DNA of 64,000 bases, taken from contig JBNZDD010013668.1 of NCBI GenBank assembly GCA_050575255.1, positions 2,822,847-2,886,846 of the forward strand. Reading direction: 5' to 3'. This DNA is from Harriotta raleighana. Its lineage: Eukaryota. The notes under the pieces are model-generated. The model was not told where the DNA came from and did no database searches. It worked only from the letters and a program-made list of their open reading frames with translations. Shown here in pieces: positions 62,345 to 64,000 of the stretch; the first letter of the stretch is position 1; every line of letters starts with the position of its first letter. The position numbers were made by a program, and so were the translations under genes.

Positions 62345-63272
62345 GTGAACGTCGGGGATGGGGAGAGTGGAGGGTAAGGGGGGGATTTGGGATGACTGAC
62401 AGGATCATCGAAGAGGAAGGTCTTGAGGCAGGACTTGAAGAGGCTAGGGAGAGAGCGAGGTGGCATTCCAGAGGTTAGGGGCTGAGTGGCTGAAGGCTCA
62501 CTCGCCAATGGTGGGGCGGGTGGGTCGGTGGATATGGAACAGGCTGAAACCTGCTGAGCAGAAGGGGAGGGCAGGTTGGTATGGGATTAGGAGGTTTCAG
62601 AGGTAGGGTGGGGTGAGGCCATGAAGGGCTTTCAATGTAAGGACTAAGATCTTGAATTGAATCCTCTAAGTGATGGGGAGACAATAGAGTCAGGTGAGGA
62701 TGTGGGAGATGGGGTCAAGAAGCTTGGAGCGATAGAGGACATGGGCCGCAAAATTCAGGATTATCTGCAGCCTGTGGAGGGCAGAATTGAGAAGGCTGAC
62801 AAGCAAGGCATTGGTGTATACAAGCCTGGATGGGATGAAGACATGAATGAGGGTTTCAGCGGCCTGAGGGGTGAGGTAGTGGCGGAGATGAGGAAAGGCA
62901 GAGCAGGTCATGGCTTGGACACGGCGGGGAAAGACAGTTGAGGATCAAACAGACACCTAGGTTCCTGACTGGCTTGGTGAGGTTGAGTGTGCAACCACAG
63001 AGGTTGATGCTGCCAGTGCCTGATGTGTGAAGATGCTGGCGCAAACCAATCAGGAGGGCCTCGGTCTTTTTGATGTTCAACTGTAGAAAGTTAACTCTTA
63101 TCCAGGATTTGATGTTTGACAGGCAGTCAGTCAGGACAGCAATAGTCCTGGAGTTGAAGTGTAGAGGCAAGAGAGATAGAGTTGGATGTCATCCGCATAT
63201 CCACATACATATGGAAGTTGACCCTATGTTTGCGGATGATGTCTCCAAGGGGGATCATGTAGATATTAAAAG
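62345..63272 (-). mobile_element. L2 LINE RT C-terminal part and 3' region
   Basis: [83 protein letters not shown]. Confidence 0.9.
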
Positions 63273-64000
63273 GTAGGCGGCCAAGGCAAGAACATGGGTT
63301 CTTAACAAGAACATGGGTACTTAACAAGAACATGGGTTGTATGGTAAATACATTGAAATTGGTGGATGCCAGCCAGAAAGTAATGTAGTTTCATATCGAG
63401 GAGGCATTATTAATNACTTAACAAGAACATGGGTTGTATGGTAAATACATTGAAATTGGTAGATGCCAGCCAGAAAGTAATGTAGTTTCATATCGAGGAG
63501 GCATTATTAATCCCTGTAATTCTATCAGAAATTTGCCATTTCTGGCATTTGAGTCAAGTCGGGAATGATAACCCACAAAAGTGGCAGCAGGACTATCCAG
63601 TTTGTAGATAAAGATAAACAGATAAAAGGACAGGTGCAATACTGACAATATTAATTCAGAAAACTATGTTCTGAAAATCTGTAATAGTTTACTTAATGGT
63701 TGGTAATCCTGGGCACAAAAGATAGTTAAGATATTGCCTCTAGGTATTTAGGTTTTTGGATTGGTATTTGGTAGATGAATGATAGTGCCTTTCATATTTG
63801 GAGCTAAACTAAAAAAAGTTAATATTTTCAAGTTCTGTTTAGTTTGTTTTCCTTGGTTCTATTTATGACACATTTGTTTACTGTCCCTTCTGATATTGAT
63901 CCAGTTTTGAAACTTGGAATAGTATAATTGTTAACACTGACTATAGTTTATCAGTGTTGTCATCAACAGCCCAAATTGCTTTCCTTTTATAGCTTGGCAA

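Noticed and set aside
63319-63511. Tandem ~95-bp duplication with 19-bp sub-repeats, superficially array-like
   Set aside because: Centred on the N at 63415; no unique spacers; not a CRISPR array.

Overview
Eukaryotic, AT-rich, repeat-dense vertebrate DNA. The repeat families suggest a cartilaginous fish, probably a chimaera such as Callorhinchus; this is inference. The only host coding sequence is the first coding exon of the voltage-gated K+ channel Kv2.2 (KCNB2) on the minus strand, 58146->57568 (579 nt, 193 aa, T1/BTB domain, GTAAG donor). Positions 1-57567 are its large downstream intron, and a GC-rich putative promoter lies at about 59.0-59.2 kb. The intron contains about 20 copies of a tRNA-derived SINE (long and short forms), older Deu-type SINEs, CR1, L2 and Tx1 LINE fragments, three Tigger/pogo-type MITEs and a Penelope-type hammerhead remnant. 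The most notable unexplained signals are: (1) a ~300-nt element present twice (36.7 and 44.85 kb) whose stems show compensatory base changes, next to a degenerate HDV-like motif; (2) a perfect 52-bp inverted duplication inside a CR1; (3) a ~65-bp SINE central domain that the young subfamily has lost; (4) an unclassified 194-bp insert with a 7-bp target-site duplication (TSD) and a longer homolog 5 kb away. All alignments and folds were done by eye, and repeat boundaries are approximate.
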